Origin: Nemertoderma westbladi
Taxonomy: Eukaryota > Animalia > Xenacoelomorpha
Direction: 5' to 3'
NCBI GenBank assembly: GCA_032718475.1
Contig: JAUCBJ010000960.1
Coordinates: 1 to 32,612, forward strand
Length of the DNA: 32,612 nucleotides
Shown piece after piece: positions 1-11,502 of the stretch (position 1 is its first letter; each line of letters starts with the position of its first letter). The notes under the pieces are model-generated. The model was not told the DNA's origin and did no database searches. It was given only the letters and a program-made list of their open reading frames with translations. Made by a program: the position numbers and the translations under genes.

Positions 1-71
1 TTGATATTAAAAAATATATGTCTATATTTTTTATTGGGGGTGTAAGACTCCTGTTCTTCCTTTAATTTAAT

Positions 72-467
72 TTAATATATACATACCAACCCCCTGTTAG
101 TCAGTATGTCGTTAACATCAATTATTATAACGGATGTCACTCTGCCCACAACTTTGCACACTGTAGACTGCTCTACCAAACACACTATTTCTCCAAACAC
201 ATTATGATGGGTTCCAGTGGCATAGAATCGCAACGTAATCATCAAACTAGCAATGGAAGGAAGGGCATAATTTCGTTTGGTCTTGTATTTTAATTTTTCT
301 CCAAAAGTATCAAGCAACTTAAAAATTCCATCGCGAGTAAATCTGTAATTTTGAAGAATTTATCTGTCGTTTAGAGTATCTAAAAGATTTCTTCTATCTC
401 GAAAGACTCTTTCCCTTCGAGCGGCTCTGTTAGATTCACATTCTAAGAGCAATAAAAATCTCGCCAT
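72..467 (-). pseudogene. PIF/Harbinger (HARBI1-like) transposase N-terminal fragment
   Basis: ATG at 467 reads MARFLLLLECESNRAARRERVFRDRRNLLDTLNDR*ILQNYRFTRDGIFKLLDTFGEKL...RNYALPSIASLMITLRFYATG...QSTVCKVVGRV. RVFRDR, YRF, LRFYATG and QSTV..V are Harbinger transposase HTH-region motifs. One in-frame stop; no DDE domain in the window. Confidence 0.85.
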
Positions 468-950
468 TTTAATGATATAAAATTTCGTTTAGGGCATACT
501 ACAATGTTATAACAATTAACATGTTAGTAAAGCCCTGTTGTGTTTATCGTAGCACTCTGGAATATTCAGACAATACCATGGAAGCAAAGATACTAGCTTC
601 GCTCTTTAGCATTATTTCTAGTTATTACATTATAACTACTGTAGTTAATATTCTTATTTTTTCAGTTCCGAATTTGTCGCCATTTTAAAAAAATTCAAAA
701 AAGTTAGTTTTTGGTAGCTAACCTTAAATAAAAAAATACACACAACTCCTAAGAAATTTTCGTGGAGTAGTGTTTTTTATGTATATTATATATTTTATTA
801 TTAGGATATCGCGGAGACATCACACCAGCCTTACAAATATTTAACGAAGTAGATGATACTAACTCGGATAGTAGAGAGTTCCAAGCTTGTACAATACGAC
901 TATTAAGTACATTTTGAATAGCTACTGATCGACACGATAGCTGTTGCAGC

Positions 951-1282
951 GCCCTTGTGAAGAATACCAGGATATCACTTTTCGGTCGACTTTTTATTGG
1001 AGTTTTATATATTATGAAGATTTTTTTTTTTATTTATCTTTATTATGTGTTTTACTGTATAACGCTTATTTCTATCTTATAACCTGTACATATACTAATT
1101 CGTTTATTGTTTTGGTTAAATTCAGCCCTTCTGTAACCTGTGTTTTTGGTGAAAACCTGGTATTCTTCACATGGGGGTAACTGCAAAGTGAAATATAACG
1201 GTAGAAAGTCTGGTATTCTTCACATGGGGGTAACTGCAAAGTGAAATATAACGGTAGAAAGTCTGGTATTCTTCACGTGGGC
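951..1282. mobile_element. Non-autonomous TIR element (MITE) with 10-bp TSD, MULE-like
   Basis: Ends GCCCTTGTGAAGAATACCAG / CTGGTATTCTTCACGTGGGC; identical flanks CTGTTGCAGC at 941-950 and 1283-1292. Confidence 0.85.
1158..1275 (+). repeat. 53-bp tandem duplication (2 copies plus partial) inside the MITE right end
   Basis: TGGTATTCTTCACATGGGGGTAACTGCAAAGTGAAATATAACGGTAGAAAGTC starts at 1158 and 1211; partial copy at 1264. Confidence 0.95.
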
Positions 1283-1401
1283 CTGTTGCAGCTTATATGG
1301 ATGACCGACGCGTCGCCCGCACAGGCGAAACTGTTTGAAAAATATCGGTAGCACGAATATTGACCAAACCATTAAATATTTTGTTGGTTACCGGTAATAA
1401 T

Positions 1402-2005
1402 GTCTGGCACGAAGGAAGCACACCACCAAGCTACAAGTAGCAGTTACATCGCCGCTACCCCGCAATTGAATGATAAATTGAATGAAAAAGTAAAATAATT
1501 ATTTATTACATGGGAAAAAAATATGTAAAATTAAAAGTAAAATAATGTAACTTTATTACTTAATTAATAAAAATTATGTCCTAATGATTAATAAATTGTT
1601 GTAGAAATTACCATAAAAAAGCTAAACTTGCTTAAAAAAGAAAAAAATGGCCACACATACGGAACTGCCTAAACATACAGAAACCATATTAATATTTACC
1701 TATATTTACTTTGCTTTAGTTCAGCTACGACACATATGTGAGTTGCCGTAAATATACGAACGATTTCTAATACGTACGATCAATATTTACGACAACGCTC
1801 GTTCGTAAAATTGTATTCACATCAGCTTATTTTAAATTTCGTCATAAAATACGATTAATCGTAAAAATACTACGATTAATCGTAAATGCTTTTATTCACA
1901 GAGCAGTAAAAATATTTTGTTTTTACGAACAATATCGTTCATAAATATATTTACGATTAATCTTAACATGATACGATTAATCGTAAAGTTATAGTCACAC
2001 TCGCC
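1402..2005. mobile_element. Non-autonomous Harbinger-like element, copy A (right end intact)
   Basis: Shares a ~210-bp direct repeat with 2505-2713; subterminal TACGATTAATCGTA palindromes at 1850, 1871 and 1972; ends ...TCACACTCGCC followed by CAG-G. Confidence 0.55.
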
Positions 2006-2423
2006 CAGGGAGAGCTCAGCCATCCCCTCAGAGAGAAGAGCCTGGACTGCCTTTCGGTATTGTCCATCTGCCAGCGCTTGGTGGGCACATCGAGCATTGG
2101 CCTCCCTAATGGATTCTGGTGAAGGTTGCTTGGTGCGTTTAGATTTCCAGGAGCCTGCAGTGAAGTTCGAGAGTGCGTCTTCCCATAGAGCTTGAATATC
2201 TCCACTGAGCCACCTTCTAAGGCGACCCACTGCGTTTTTCTCAATTTCTTTCCAATCGCAGCGTCCTGCCCTCTTAGGTTTGGCTAGTATACATGGGGGG
2301 GAGAAGGAAGATGTGTACCCAGGTGGTAGTGTTCAGGGAGTCGCAGGATATGGATTCAAGAACCTCGCTAATGGTGTCAGCCCAAAGGTTACATATGGCA
2401 GTCTTTGTTAGAGTGGGGATCCT
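2006..2423 (-). mobile_element. CRE-like (RLE-type) non-LTR retrotransposon ORF fragment upstream of RT
   Basis: Frameshift-joined reading RIPTL...NLWADTISEVLESI...WVHIFLLP/CILAKPKRAGRCDWKEIEKNAVGRLRRWLSGDIQALWEDA...ALADGQYRKAVQALLSEGMA resembles the pre-RT region of CRE-clade elements. Confidence 0.6.
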
Positions 2424-2713
2424 GGGCGAGTGTGAATACTGCGTGTACGATTAATCGCCATCTACGAGAAATTCTCTTTTGAACTACTTTTACGATTCTG
2501 ATACGTCTGGCACGAAGGAAGCACATTACCAAAGCTACAAATCTATTTACAGGGGTTTCGCCGCTACCCCGCAATTGAATGAAAAATTCAATGAAAAATT
2601 AAAATAATTATTTATTACATGGGAAAAATATATTTAAAATAAAGAGTAAAATAATGTAACTTTATTACTTAATTAAAAAAAATTATGTCCTAATGATTAC
2701 TAAATTGTTGTAG
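2424..2713. mobile_element. Non-autonomous Harbinger-like element, copy B (left end intact)
   Basis: Begins C-CTG|GGCGAGTGTGAATAC...TACGATTAATCG, the inverted counterpart of the copy A end, then the ~210-bp segment shared with 1402-1613. Confidence 0.55.
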
Positions 2714-2717
2714 CACA

Positions 2718-3278
2718 TCATGACTTTTGGACGATATCGATGCCAAACGCACGGCTATACGCCAAAAGGTGGTCGATTATTACAACTCTAGCGCACGGGA
2801 TTTAAAGAAATTCGAAGTTGGAGACAGAGTCCGGGTCCGAGTCCAAAACAAAACGAGACGGGACGGACGTGGTGGAGGAACAGAAGGTTTATAAGATTCT
2901 TCCATGAGGAAGTAGACACTAAACCTGATCCACTAGTTGACGGGGGAAATGAGAGAGAATTCCCACAGTCCTTAGCCCGTATCCGAGGAACCTGAACCTA
3001 AACCACCGAGCCCGAGACAAAGCCCTCGGAATCGGAAAACGGTAATGTTCCAATTAACTTAAAAGGGGAGTTGTCATATCCTGTTAAAATGATTAAATGT
3101 GTTACCGTATTAACACTGGATCAGCTGTATTAGCTAGAGGCTTCACCGCCAACTAACAGCTGATTCAACCTGTCAGCACCTAGGTTGTATATAAATATAC
3201 AATATATTACAATATTACGGCTTATCTAATAGTTACTGCCTGACTCTGTTAACTGTTCTTTTGATTATTAATATAACA
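2718..3278 (+). mobile_element. Ty3/Gypsy 3' end: integrase C-terminal remnant, PPT and 3' LTR
   Basis: LLDDIDAKRTAIRQKVVDYYNSSARDLKKFEVGDRVRV (integrase C-terminal motif); polypurine tract AAAAGGGGAG at 3061-3070; LTR 3072-3278 bounded by TGTCATAT...ATATAACA, with internal TATATAAA. Confidence 0.75.
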
Positions 3279-3423
3279 GTTTATCGTTGGTAATAATATA
3301 CCGTTATTATATATATACTAATATATACCAGTCTTTGTTTTGTACTCACCCCTGAGGCGCTGAGGGCAACCATCACCATCGCCCTTATTCAGTGGGAAGC
3401 ATTGACCCCTGTTAAGGGCTTCC

Positions 3424-3538
3424 CATTAATGTTTCTGCTGCTCATTAATGTTTGTGTCCCTGATTAATGTGTGTCCCTCATTAATGTCTGTGTCCCTGAT
3501 TAATGTGTGTCTCGTCTCTCAATAATGTTTGTGTCCAT
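3424..3538. repeat. 17-19-bp minisatellite ATTAATGT(TT)GTGTCCCT(C/G), left part
   Basis: Several degenerate tandem units; the same array resumes at 4225-4385. Confidence 0.85.
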
Positions 3539-3539
3539 T

Positions 3540-3970
3540 TGTTAGTGGATCAATTCTGCTATGCATTCCAACCACAAAATGGGGGGGGGGGGGGAGCCAA
3601 TTTACCATGTTGGCTATTAAGGTATCCTCCTACAGGGTATACCAGCAAAGGGATGATGCACAGGGTTAGCTGGGCAGTGGACTTATAATCCACCTCAGTG
3701 GACAGAGGCTAACAAAGGGCCTAAGGGAGGCAGAAACAGGGCGCGGTTAGCTGACCAATGGGAGGCCAGCACATGTCGATTTGGTGTGTATTGGTTGGAG
3801 GCCAAACGTGTTAGCCTATAGGTAATATATTTCCCCTATATATATATTACCAGTCATTCATTGTGCAACCAGTTGGCATTCTATTCCACATAGTGTAGAT
3901 GTGAAATAGTTTCCACTGCTTCGCTACGCTGTGCTACCGGTATTACAGTAATCAGTCAGTATATTTAACA
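3540..3970. mobile_element. Possible solo LTR
   Basis: TGTTA...TAACA boundaries about 430 bp apart with CCAAT and TATA-like motifs. No TSD seen, and the right boundary overlaps the next repeat. Confidence 0.3.
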
Positions 3971-4205
3971 TGTTCGTGGGGCCTTCGCGCAGGACGAGGC
4001 CCAGTTATGAGATACAAATTAAAATTGAGCGACTGTATCACAAAATCAGTATTTGAGAAATTTAACCATACCGACAATCAATCAAAGAAAGGGGGACAGT
4101 ACGTGTTCAGCCCTTTTCATCTGCACCCCCCCCCCCCCCCCCCCCCCCCTTCCTACCAACCAATCAATACATAACCGCGACATCTACCACCCAAGGGGCG
4201 GAAGG
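3969..4205 (+). repeat. Interspersed repeat, copy 1 (copy 2 at 30137-30360)
   Basis: GTTCGTGGGGCCTTCGCGCAG...ATGAGATACAAATTAAAATT...AAAGAAAGGGGGACAGTACGTGTTCA, poly-C, ACATCTACCACCCA is shared by both copies. Confidence 0.9.
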
Positions 4206-4224
4206 ATAGCACAAGATGTGCACA

Positions 4225-4385
4225 TCAATGTGTGTCCCTCATTAATGTTTGTGTCCCTGATTAATGTGTGTCCCTCATTAATGTTTTGTCCCTCATTAAT
4301 GTTTGTATCCCTCATTAATGTTTGTGTCCCTGATCAATGTGTGTCCCTCATTAATGTTTGTATCCCACATTAATGTTTGTGTCCT
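4225..4385. repeat. 17-19-bp minisatellite, right part
   Basis: Tandem ATTAATGTTTGTGTCCCT-type units. Confidence 0.9.
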
Positions 4386-4683
4386 GGCCGCTATGGGCTT
4401 CCATATACTGATTACTATGTACAAAATGGAATGTATTTGAGTATTGTTATGGGTGATATGAAATAAAGTTTTTAAAGTCAGGGGAGCCGTGCGTACTTTT
4501 AGAAGGAATACGTCTGTGCTAATTGGTCAGTTAAAGAGATTGAGCATAAATCAACCTGGGGGCGTGGGGCAATAATACACTGCAGCTACCTACCACTGTC
4601 TCTTCTTAATTAAGAAAGATAGCGTCAGGCGTCAGCCGTCAGGGTCTAGTGATTTCCAAATAGGTACTTTCAGACTTTACCTG

Positions 4684-6880
4684 TAGATGGTTGATGTACA
4701 AACCAGCCAATCACAGCCAATTCCATTCAGCCATTCCAGCATTCTAAATACTGCGCTCTCATTGGCAGTTCACACTGATAGAGATGTCATTAGCAAATTA
4801 CAGTTACTTGGCAGTTTACACTTACTTTACTTACTTTCGGGAAGGTACGATAAGACGTTACGTAGGTTACGATAAGAAGTGTAAAAGAAAAGAACAATCT
4901 TGCCAGCCGAGAACTGGCAATAATACCGTCTGTACAATTATTGTTGTAATATATTACGCGCCTATCTATGCAGGGCAGCCTAATAACGAAAAACGAAACA
5001 TTCGGCAAAGTAGACAATAGTAGTATATTGTATTTAAAAAAAACACTGTTTGTAAGAAATGAATCTTCTCCTACAATTATAAACACAATAAAGCGAAATT
5101 TTGCTGAAAGCATGTCCAATAGATGATATGTATGGGGTGTCAACAGAATTTTGATTGAGTGGATTCTACATTTATGATCGGTCATTCTAGAATTAATTTC
5201 ACTGTTGCTATAGGCAACCAACAGATCCCTCACAACCAAAACCTTGCATACACAAGTACAGTAGGTCCGATAATGAAACTATCTAATGAACTGAAACTAA
5301 AGTAAGTTTCATCCAATTCCATCAACATTAAGTGCAAAATAAGTTGTGTGTACAAACAAACAAACACGTGTGAGAAATAAGAACATCCAAGTTGGATCCG
5401 TCCAACATCCAACCAGTTGCTATGGTAAGGTAGATTAATAATATTGACCATTCGAAAGTTCATACCCGATAGCCGATATATATAGGCAGAGGCAAACAGA
5501 CAGAAAGTCAATACGTTTGGTTTATTATATTAAGTTTTATTACATCAAGCATTTAGGCTGATAGGCCTAGACAATTAATTGAGGGAATGCAAGATAGTTT
5601 CACGACATAATTTTAGTTTAGGGCCAGGTACTTACGTCGCGCTAGACCTATTGTTTCAGGGATTCTATCTAAGAGAAATAACTGGCCCATTAAATTTAGG
5701 GGCTTCGCAGCATCTTGGCGCGGGTCGTATCTATCTATACTCTGATAGTGGGTCATGAGTACAACATTGTAACTTTAAAAAGTTTAATAAAATCACAATG
5801 ATTTTTCTATTTACGAATTGGACATTTCGAAGTTTACTTAAATGGTTGAATTAATTCGGTGGGTAAAATGTTGAGCTTAGAAACCCTTTCACCCATTGTA
5901 TTTATTTGGAAAACAAGTATGACACCTTGTGACAATTTAACATTTTGCCAAATATGAATTTTTCCAAAATGTGTTAAGTCACATCAGATAATCTACCGAC
6001 GTATTCAATTCATATCATATGAAACTGAACAACAGAATTCGAATTCCCACTTGAACACTCATTCTTTAACTTGTCGGATTATGCAACAAAACTTCTGATA
6101 TTCGTTTGCACTTATCGGGGTTCGTTCCCTAAAGAAAGTAAGTCAGTGCCAGACTGGAATCCATACACTTTGCGCCGGATTAATCCGGCGCACTTTGCAA
6201 TAAAAGTGCGCCAATGTGGCGCGTGGCGCGCTCGAAAATCGTAAAGCGCGCCGGCTTTCAGCTTTGGCATTTGGCGCGTGGCACTCCCAAAAATAAAAAC
6301 CGGCGCCGATTTGTTAGTTTACAGGTTTAACAATTATGGAAGTGCCTTAAAAATAGCATTAGCTGTTTAAAAATTTCGGCTCGCTTCGCTCGCCTTTCTT
6401 TTTCTGTTGTAGGGTTCAGTGGTTAGGCTACTGTTGTATTGTATACAGATATAGGGCAGCAGGGACTGGTACAGCAGTACTGACTGACATTGACAGATTG
6501 GTTACACTCCCTCAAAATTGAATTTGCATTGGCGTGGCGCTCTTCAAAATTGTTTCAATGTGTGGCGCGCTTAAAAATTTAGTTGGCGCGGGGTTTCTTC
6601 GAAATTGCATCGGCGTGCTTAAAAATTTAGTTGGCGCGGGGTTTTTCTTCGAAATGGTATCGGCCTGTCGGCGCGCGGCGCGCATAAAAATTGGTCGGCG
6701 CGCTATCTGGCGCACTTTTTGGATGGATTCCATACAGGAGTCAGTGCAAACTGCAAGTGATTGTAATTTGCTAATGACATCTCTATGAGTCTGTACTGCC
6801 AATGAGAGCGCAGTATTTAGAATGCTGAAAGGGCTGAATTGAATTGGCTGTGATTGGCTGGTTTGTACATCAACCATCTA
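4684..6880. mobile_element. Long-TIR (foldback-type) non-autonomous DNA element
   Basis: About 140-bp inverted repeats: TAGATGGTTGATGTACAAACCAGCCAATCACAGCC... (4684-4822) and ...GGCTGTGATTGGCTGGTTTGTACATCAACCATCTA (6743-6880). Confidence 0.8.
6149..6738. mobile_element. MITE with 8-9-bp TSD (hAT-like), nested in the right arm of the foldback element
   Basis: Imperfect TIR CCAGACTGGAATCCAT / ATGGATTCCATACAGG; AGTCAGTG(C) flanks at 6141 and 6739; GGCGCG-rich subterminal repeats; GCTCGCTTCGCTCGC motif. Confidence 0.75.
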
Positions 6881-7425
6881 TACTGATAGACAAGAAATTG
6901 AGGGAGTGAAAGAATGCAAGATTATTGAGGTGAAACAAAATGAGCTAAAATTACATTCTGCTTTAACTCTATACCTAGTCTTATGTTCTCTAGGGATCAT
7001 CCCACACATTAGGCTCTACACATATATGTGTCGCCTTGCACTGTACAGCTGTAATTTGATGAAAATACATACTGAAGGAAATAGCTGGTATAATATATTC
7101 GATTTGTAATCGTGTTTGTATCATCATGATGATACAAACATTATGATAGTCATTAAAAAACCACCAAAATTTTCACACAATTTTCAAAACCGACTCCAGT
7201 ATCACACTTCCCTTCGCAATCTGCCCCCCCCCCCCCCCCCCCTGGTGACTGAGGGGTTTTGGGGGTTTGTTGGTATTCGTTTGTATTGGTAATCATTCGT
7301 AATCGTAGATTTACTTTCCCAACTATAATATCACGTGTTGAGGATCACGAGTCTGACTGTGCGAGGTAGGCTGTACTGCCTACTGCTGTAACGTCCTTGC
7401 TGCATACACTAATCATTTAAACATT

Positions 7426-8271
7426 ATGGCGCAACGATCTTTATCGGATCTCCGACATCTCACAGTGTCGCAGTTGAGTAAAGTTAATAAAGTTAATCTC
7501 ATTAAAGCAATTGCTGGAGCCCAGATGGAGTCCACGGTTGATCAAAGCTCGCTTCTCGATGGAATATCAGCCTTACTTGACAGGAAACTAGAAGAATCAA
7601 CGAAATCCGTTACAGATAAATTCCAATCTATTATCGATAAACAGCAGGAGGAATTGGACTAGATAAGAAGTGAACAAACCGAGTTCAAAAAAATTATTGT
7701 GCAACAACAAACGTTTATTGAAGGAATTGCTAGGGAACGCCGTGCGTGTAACCTAATCATCCGAGGCCTACCCAAAGAAGAGGTACCATTCGTCACTGGT
7801 GGCGAGACTGCTTCGACTGCCTCTGAGAAAGTATCTCTTCTTCTCAAATCTATGATTATTAACAGCCAGGTTGTTCCCAAAGAAGCATTTTATCTCGGTA
7901 GACCATTAACCACTGGTAGAAGCTGAGCCATAATTTTTAAATTCGCCATACCCAATGATAAAAATGCAGTTTTCTCTGCCCGTCGCCAACTAAAGATCTC
8001 TAATGACAGTGTGCTTATAACAGTCTACTTATCATACGACGAACCACCACTAACTCAAAAAGAAAATACCCGCTTGCGTATAAAGGCAAAGAAATTGCGA
8101 GAGGAAGCAGGGCCGCAGGGTTCCACTGATATCATTCTGAAATATGGTAATCTATATGTACGTGGAAGTATTGTAGATACCTTTAACCTCGCCAATCAAA
8201 TCAAATCAAAGAAGCAGCACCAAGTAAACTATCTGACAGCAGTTATATTAATTTATTATTCTGGAACATAA
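7426..8271 (+). pseudogene. LINE ORF1 (coiled coil plus RRM/CTD type), two premature stops
   Basis: ORFs 7426, 7699 and 8011 share one frame, broken only by TAG (7660) and TGA (7924). Motifs RRACNLIIRGLP, LGR...AIIFKF and VYLSYDEPPLTQKENTRLR are typical of LINE ORF1p. Confidence 0.85.
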
Positions 8272-11200
8272 ACAATCGTTACAAATATATTATTAATGAA
8301 ACTGTAAATTGTGATTTATTTAATAGCTTGATAATGTTTTTCTTTTCGAAACACAAAATTACACCCCACCTATAAATATACCAAATGGATACATTGATGC
8401 TACCCCATATGATAACCAAAAGTTCGATGCTGGCTGTATTCTCTTAGTGAAATCAACACTCCGTGCACATATATTTGATATATCCCACACTAACTGCTAC
8501 ATTTCATTCAGCTTTGACTTTAAACCCAAATCAGTTATCTTTGGTACTTACATCTTACCACATGACTCTCCATATGGTGACCCGTCCAATCTATCCAAAC
8601 TAGGTGCAGCTTGCAACTTACCAAGACATGGGCTACTCAATATATGTAGGGGGTGATTTCAATAGTCGGATGGGAAACTATAAATCGTACCTCAATGATT
8701 TACCTTGGAAATATGTTGATAACGTAGACACAAAGTCAAATGCAAATGGTGTTGTTCTTCACAATATTTGCAATTCATTTGAGGTTGGTCCCCTTAAATC
8801 ATATGATACTGAATGGGAAACCGCTACCTGGAACTTTCACATTCATTAAAAAGGATAGAAAGTCACAAGTGGATTTGATACTGGTATCTAAGAATGCGCG
8901 TAAGGATGTTGAACACTTTGCTTTTATTGGGAATTTATGCCATTTAACTGATCACGTTCCAATTCACCTCCGTTTAAAGCATCCTCAGTACATCTGCCTC
9001 AAGACTTTATATGCTCGTGTTTCAGAGCTCAACAAACATATAAACACTTTACCACCACTAATGTACAAAAAGCCCATTAATCCAACAGCATGTGCAGCAC
9101 TATAATCACTGCTCGATAGTAATATAAACTTCACAGTTACTCCATCTCCTGAAATACTAGCAAACAAAATCAGACTTTCTGTTTAAGATATTCCATGAAT
9201 CCAAGGTGGGAAAAATGCATGACACCACCACGAAAAAGTTTGATCAACCAAAATCAGTTATTTCATCGCTCCAAGAAAAATGTGATATTTCCTATAAGGA
9301 ACTAACAACGATTCTAAGCAGCTCACGCTTGATCCCATACTCATCTCAAGGCAATGCGATGATAGGTGGAGCAATTGAGAAATACGCAAGCTCCGAATCA
9401 GAGCTAAACAAGTAGATAATAAGTGGCTTTCACCAAAAGCAATGTCAGTCATGGAAAAACGTTCTGAATGGAGGCAACTCCAAAGAGATTTGGGCAAAGA
9501 TTAATTGGAAGGGTGGTGTGACTGGAGTAAACCCAACTAATTCTCCTGATGTTCAAGACTTTGTATATCATGTTGATCATTTATATCAACTACCTACCGG
9601 AGAAACCAAAGAACATCTAAACATTCCAGAATCCAATATTTATGTGCCACTCCTTGATGATCACTTTAGTTTTAATGAGGTGTCAAATGCTGCTAATGAA
9701 GCATGTACAAAGGGGGGTTATGATCTGTCAGGAGGTAATCTTCGAACCCAACTACCTGCACTTTTACCTTATATAATATTGCTATTTAATACTATATTAT
9801 GTTCTAGTATCTTCCCAGTAAGTATTGTTGACTCATTAATGTCTTTTCTACCAAAGAAAGGTGATCTATCTCTACCTAATAACTACCGTGGCATTCAAAT
9901 GTCGAACTTCCTCACTGCCATTTATGACCGCCTACTAGCCATGAGATTGATACTCTGGATGCCTATACATACACTCAGCTCAATCAGCATTCCAAAAAGG
10001 AAAAGGATGCCTCGATCAAATTTTTCTAATACGATTAATTATTGAATTGGCAAAACAAAAGGGATGCACGCTGTACTTAGCATTCTTTGATATTGAGAAA
10101 GCCTTCGATAAGGTCTCACGAGCTCGCTTACTAATAAAATTAGCTTCAATAGACATTGGTTCAAGGATGTTGGATGCCCTTCGAGCCTTATATCTTCAAA
10201 CTGACTGCATTATCCACATTGGAAATTTATACTCCGGTTTAAAGGAAATTCTTTCTGGTATAAGACAAGGTGCCCCATCATCATTTATATTATTCATTGC
10301 ATTCCTAGACAACTTATTTCAATTCTTAGTAGATAAGTGTACCCCAGACAAGCTGCTTGGAGATCTTTATTGCATACTACATGCCGATGATACTTGTATT
10401 ATGAGCACTAGCAGAGTAGATTTCATCATTAAATGTAATGCGACAATTTCGTTTATAGAACTCAACAACCTTAACATCAATGCGAGTAAATCAGCCTTTA
10501 TGATAATAAATCCAGATAAATATAATCAACGTATATCGAGCATTAAGCTGAACAACATGATCATACAAAACAGATCAACTTATATATATTTAGGTACAAT
10601 TTTATCCAATTCTGGGTCTAGTACCGACGTGACTTATACTGCTAAAGCTAAAAGCGCACAGGTTGATGTTAAATACACGTGCTTCCTGACTAATAATATA
10701 ACAGCACCTTTCTCTATCAAACGTTCAATTCGCAATGTATGCATAGATGCCTCAATCCTATACGGGTGTGATTGGGGTTCAGCAAACTTGGAAAAACACA
10801 ATACCACATTGGATTATCTGAAGCCTATACTTGCGCAAGCTCGTAATATAGGATTAAAATACATAAAGCATTACAAAAGTTTATCATGTGACACTTTCCG
10901 GGATGTGAATCATTTATTATCGCATGAAACAAACAAAGCCCTCGATAGAATAAAAGCACGCATCATGAATGCTGATTCCATCTCCTCGCCCAAACTGGTA
11001 CAATATTAAGTTGTAAATCTACAGCTGGCCCTTCCAAAGTTGATCGATGACAACTCTAATTCTTGAATATGACCGTTTCATGCTGACACGTTTTAGGACG
11101 GGTTGCAACTACTTGAGAATAGAGACAGGTTGGTGGACATCGCCAGGCGTCCCACGGGACCAACGCATTTGCCCATGCAACAGTGGTGTCCAGGATCTGG

Positions 11201-11334
11201 AACATATTCTAGAACAATGCACTATCATAAAAAATCGTCCTAACTGCACTGCCTCACAATTCTTTTGTGATCCTCCTAAAGCAGTAGCTTTCTTAAAGAT
11301 AGCAACCGCACAATTACACTTAGACCAGAAATAA
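8240..11334 (+). pseudogene. LINE ORF2: APE endonuclease, reverse transcriptase and C-terminal Cys/His motif (RTE-X-like), frameshifted
   Basis: EN: FWNINN, GGDFNSR, SQVDLIL, TDHVPI. RT: LPKKGD..PNNYRGI, FFDIEKAFDKVSR, GIRQGAPSS..LF, LHADD, YIYLG. C-terminus: LTRFRTG...LRIETGWW...RICPC...EHILEQC. Confidence 0.92.
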
Positions 11335-11502
11335 TCGGCTTATTTTAGTTACTCATATCATACTGTATTCATTATCTCTCTTAGTTATATAGCTTCGACA
11401 CTGTGATTTATTTGCAATCCGACGTAAATTATTATTTGTATACAGTAGGGCGGTACATAATATGCTATTTACTTAATTACTATTTAGATTAATTATGATA
11501 CT

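Larger units (their letters stand above)
800..1390 (-). mobile_element. CR1-clade LINE 3' ORF2 remnant, interrupted by a MITE
   Basis: After removing 951-1282 and one TSD copy, the minus strand reads (one frameshift) KIFNGLVNIRATDIFQTVSPVRATR/GHPYKLQQLSCRSVAIQNVLNSRIVQAWNSLLSELVSSTSLNICKAG, matching the CR1 C-terminal TRGH..KL...RVV..WNSLP...S..F motif. Confidence 0.75.

Noticed and set aside
1158-1275. CRISPR-like repeat spacing
   Set aside because: The 'spacers' are identical (a simple tandem duplication), the context is eukaryotic, and there are no cas genes.
5100-5240. GPCR-like ICWLP motif on the minus strand
   Set aside because: Short, flanked by stops, with no other GPCR helices.
4687-6877. 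Paired ORFs starting MVDVQTSQSQPI on opposite strands
   Set aside because: They are translations of the two TIR arms, not duplicated genes.
7660-7926. Programmed readthrough of the ORF1 stop codons
   Set aside because: TAG and TGA are simply explained as C>T decay of CAG and CGA, and ORF2 is also broken.
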